Position numbers and translations under genes: made by a program. Shown piece after piece: positions 62,200 through 64,000 of a stretch of 64,000 nt of DNA. Every line of letters starts with the position of its first letter. Position 1 is the first letter of the stretch. Below the pieces are notes generated by a model. It worked only from the letters and a program-made list of their open reading frames with translations. It had not been told where the DNA came from and made no database searches. This DNA comes from an uncultured Pirellulales bacterium (GTDB taxonomy: Bacteria > Planctomycetota > Phycisphaerae > Sedimentisphaerales > Anaerobacaceae), in NCBI GenBank assembly GCA_964415045.1, contig CAYPZL010000001.1:14210-78209 (forward strand). The letters run 5' to 3'.

Positions 62200-62574
62200 T
62201 TGGCCCGGAATAGACGAGCAGCAAGGGTGTACGCGTTCACGCGAAAACAGGCAGGCGGTTACAGGACTCTCGCGGTCGGCATCGCGTTGATGTACATCGC
62301 GATCACGTCGACGGTCTCCATGATGCACAGCGACGACTGTCCGTTTTCCGGGCGTCCCGATGCACGCGAGACGTCTTTTCCTTCGGAGGACGGCTGTCCG
62401 GCCTGCAAATTCTTGGCCGGCTCGGACTCCGTGGAAGCGCCCTGTGACGCTGCCCCCGTCTTAAGCGAGGTGTCATTCTCAGTCGAATCGGCTCCCGATT
62501 CGGTTGTCGTCATCGCCAATTGCTGCGCGGGATCGATTATCCTGCGCGCTCCTCCCGTTTCATCCCTGTCATAG
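62200..62574 (+). CDS. small membrane-anchored Cys-rich hypothetical protein
   Basis: TTG or GTG (62227) start. TM 'LAVGIALMYIAITSTV', then 'HSDDCPF...DGCPACKFL...NCCAG'. Confidence 0.4.
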   Translation: MARNRRAARVYAFTRKQAGGYRTLAVGIALMYIAITSTVSMMHSDDCPFSGRPDARETSFPSEDGCPACKFLAGSDSVEAPCDAAPVLSEVSFSVESAPDSVVVIANCCAGSIILRAPPVSSLS

Positions 62575-62712
62575 CACGTCGGCCGTTGGCAAGGTGGGCG
62601 CGGTCGGGAGAGAACCGTTGTGTCCTCTCCGGCGCCTGCGCGCTATCCTCTGTCTGGACGGCCCCCTTGACGAATCTCATTTTGCACGAAGACAGAAACG
62701 GGAGAAGCAGGT

Positions 62713-64000
62713 ATGCGACCAGGAATATGTCTCCTTGTGGCTTGTTGGCTCGCGACGATCACGGCGGGGAATCCGTTGGCAGCCGCCGGGCAACAAGGTC
62801 AGGGATCCGAGCTGGAACAGCTCCAGCAGCAGGTCAGCGAGCTCACGCAGCTGATCAAACAGATGCAGGAGCAGCATGACAAGGAAATGGCGAGCCTCAG
62901 GGCCGAGATTGAGAAGCTCCGGCAGGCCCCGGGAGAGGCCGAGGAGGCCGAGCCGGCCGACGAGATGGCTTTGCTGCGGGAACTGGCCCAGCAGCAGGCC
63001 GGCGGGGAAGCCGAGCCGGAGAAGGCTCCGGAAGAGACGGTCTTCAAAGCGGCCGGCCTGAGCCTGCAAAAGCTCAATCCGGAGATCAGCGCCGCCGGCG
63101 ATTTTCTTACCTATTACCGCGATCAGAAGGGGGTTCGCAAACGCACCGACGCCGAGATACGCGGCTTGGAACTCAACGTACAGTCCTATCTCGATCCCTT
63201 CTCCTACATGAAGGCGACCGCCCACATGAGCGACGAAGGCGTACACATTGAGGAAGTCTACTTCACGCGATTCTCGGCCTTCGCCGGCGCCAATCTCGAC
63301 GTGGGTCGCTTTCGCCAGCAATTCGGCGTTGTCAACCGCTGGCACGAGGACGCCCTGGATCAGGTTCAGTACCCGATGGCTCTGCGACGCATTTTCGGGG
63401 ACGAGGGCCTCGGTCAGACCGGCGCCTCGTTGGACTGGACGCTGCCGATGTGGGGACAGGCCCAGCAGGAGTTCACGTTCCAGGTTACCAACGCCGAGAA
63501 TGAGGCACTGTTCGACGGCAACGCCCTCGGTACGCCTTCACTGCTGTTTCACTACAAGAACTACCGCGACCTTTCCAGAGACGCCTATCTGGAATGGGGC
63601 CTCAGCGGCTTGTTCGGCTGGAACGACGAGTGGAACGTGCAGCCGTCCGGAGGCGACGTGAGGACCGAGTATGACGCTTTGGGGACGCGGGTCTTCGGTG
63701 CGGACTTGTCGTACCTCTGGGAGCCCATCGACCGGGCGTTGTACAAGAACGTGGAATGGCGTAGCGAGCTCTACGTTCTCAACCGCGATATTCTCGCCCC
63801 GGACGACAGCGGGCGCGACACCATCAACGCCTGGGGCGGCTACAGCTACCTCCAGAGCAAAGTCGCCCGGAACCTGATTTTCGGGGTGCGCCTCGATTAT
63901 TTCGAGCCCGACAGCAAGGACTATGCGGAGACGGCGAATTTGTCTCTGGCCCCCATCGCCTACCTCGACAAGGATCCCCATCGCTGGCAGGTCGGTCCCT
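62713..64000 (+). CDS. putative outer-membrane beta-barrel (porin-like) protein with N-terminal coiled coil, 3' end outside window
   Basis: My own translation; the frame is open from ATG 62713 to the window end and is absent from the ORF track. Signal 'ICLLVACWLATITAG', heptad region 'ELEQLQQQVSELTQLIKQMQEQH', then an alternating aromatic/polar beta-strand pattern. Confidence 0.5.
   Translation, partial: MRPGICLLVACWLATITAGNPLAAAGQQGQGSELEQLQQQVSELTQLIKQMQEQHDKEMASLRAEIEKLRQAPGEAEEAEPADEMALLRELAQQQAGGEAEPEKAPEETVFKAAGLSLQKLNPEISAAGDFLTYYRDQKGVRKRTDAEIRGLELNVQSYLDPFSYMKATAHMSDEGVHIEEVYFTRFSAFAGANLDVGRFRQQFGVVNRWHEDALDQVQYPMALRRIFGDEGLGQTGASLDWTLPMWGQAQQEFTFQVTNAENEALFDGNALGTPSLLFHYKNYRDLSRDAYLEWGLSGLFGWNDEWNVQPSGGDVRTEYDALGTRVFGADLSYLWEPIDRALYKNVEWRSELYVLNRDILAPDDSGRDTINAWGGYSYLQSKVARNLIFGVRLDYFEPDSKDYAETANLSLAPIAYLDKDPHRWQVGP

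Noticed and set aside
1-64000. Scan of intergenic regions for tRNA, rRNA, tmRNA, CRISPR repeats, integrases and transposases.
   Set aside because: I recognised none by eye. A computational scan (tRNAscan-SE, Infernal/Rfam, CRISPR finders) is needed for certainty.

Overview
High-GC (about 60-65% by eye) bacterial chromosomal segment. It is probably Planctomycetota-like; this is inferred from a DUF1559/prepilin-type H-X9-DG protein, dockerin-tagged secreted enzymes and a large expansion of PQQ-like beta-propeller proteins. The window is densely coding, with about 50 supportable CDS, mostly on the + strand. I recognised no rRNA, tRNA, CRISPR array, transposase or integrase.

Layout:
- 1-7.2 kb: pyrimidine genes (pyrR-pyrB on the minus strand, pyrC on the plus strand) flanking two dockerin-bearing secreted enzymes.
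- 7.3-9.4 kb: a HEPN remnant, a secreted hypothetical protein and a YacP-like NYN protein.
- 9.7-14.2 kb: PFOR (nifJ) plus a tightly coupled lipoprotein.
- 14.5-31.5 kb: one 17-kb co-directional, largely translationally coupled gene string. It runs beta-propeller, GT4, MacB-type ABC/FtsX, beta-propeller, NHL, two Tat-signal proteins, NapH-like membrane polyferredoxin, beta-propeller, NuoE/F fusion, then a 2Fe-2S/GltD-like flavoprotein.
- 31.5-34.4 kb: a Tat-signal flavodoxin-like protein, another propeller and a thioredoxin-like protein.
- 34.5-41.7 kb: a TolC/CusB/YHS/CusA-type metal efflux operon, with an apparent frameshift in the adaptor gene.
- 41.7-47.8 kb: CPBP-fusion protein, nrnA, ribF, TPR protein and ccdA.
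- 47.9-49.3 kb: a His-rich membrane protein and Fur/Zur operon with a palindromic operator.
- 49.4-51.3 kb: an amidase and the DUF1559 protein.
- 51.3-52.4 kb: an eroded low-GC islet (antitoxin, truncated ParE-like toxin, degraded DUF262 gene).
- 52.4-59.4 kb: manA, wecA-like, ATP-grasp, and a NusG paralog leading a glucuronokinase-like/galU/epimerase operon.
- 59.4-60.6 kb: two ORFs joined by an in-frame TGA that is followed by a hairpin.
- 60.9-64 kb: asnA, a small Cys-rich membrane protein and a partial porin-like gene.

The most interesting candidate is the NapG/NapH-like quinol-dehydrogenase module embedded among membrane-anchored beta-propellers, with no recognisable terminal reductase. 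All functional calls rest on motif recognition by eye; no database search was possible.
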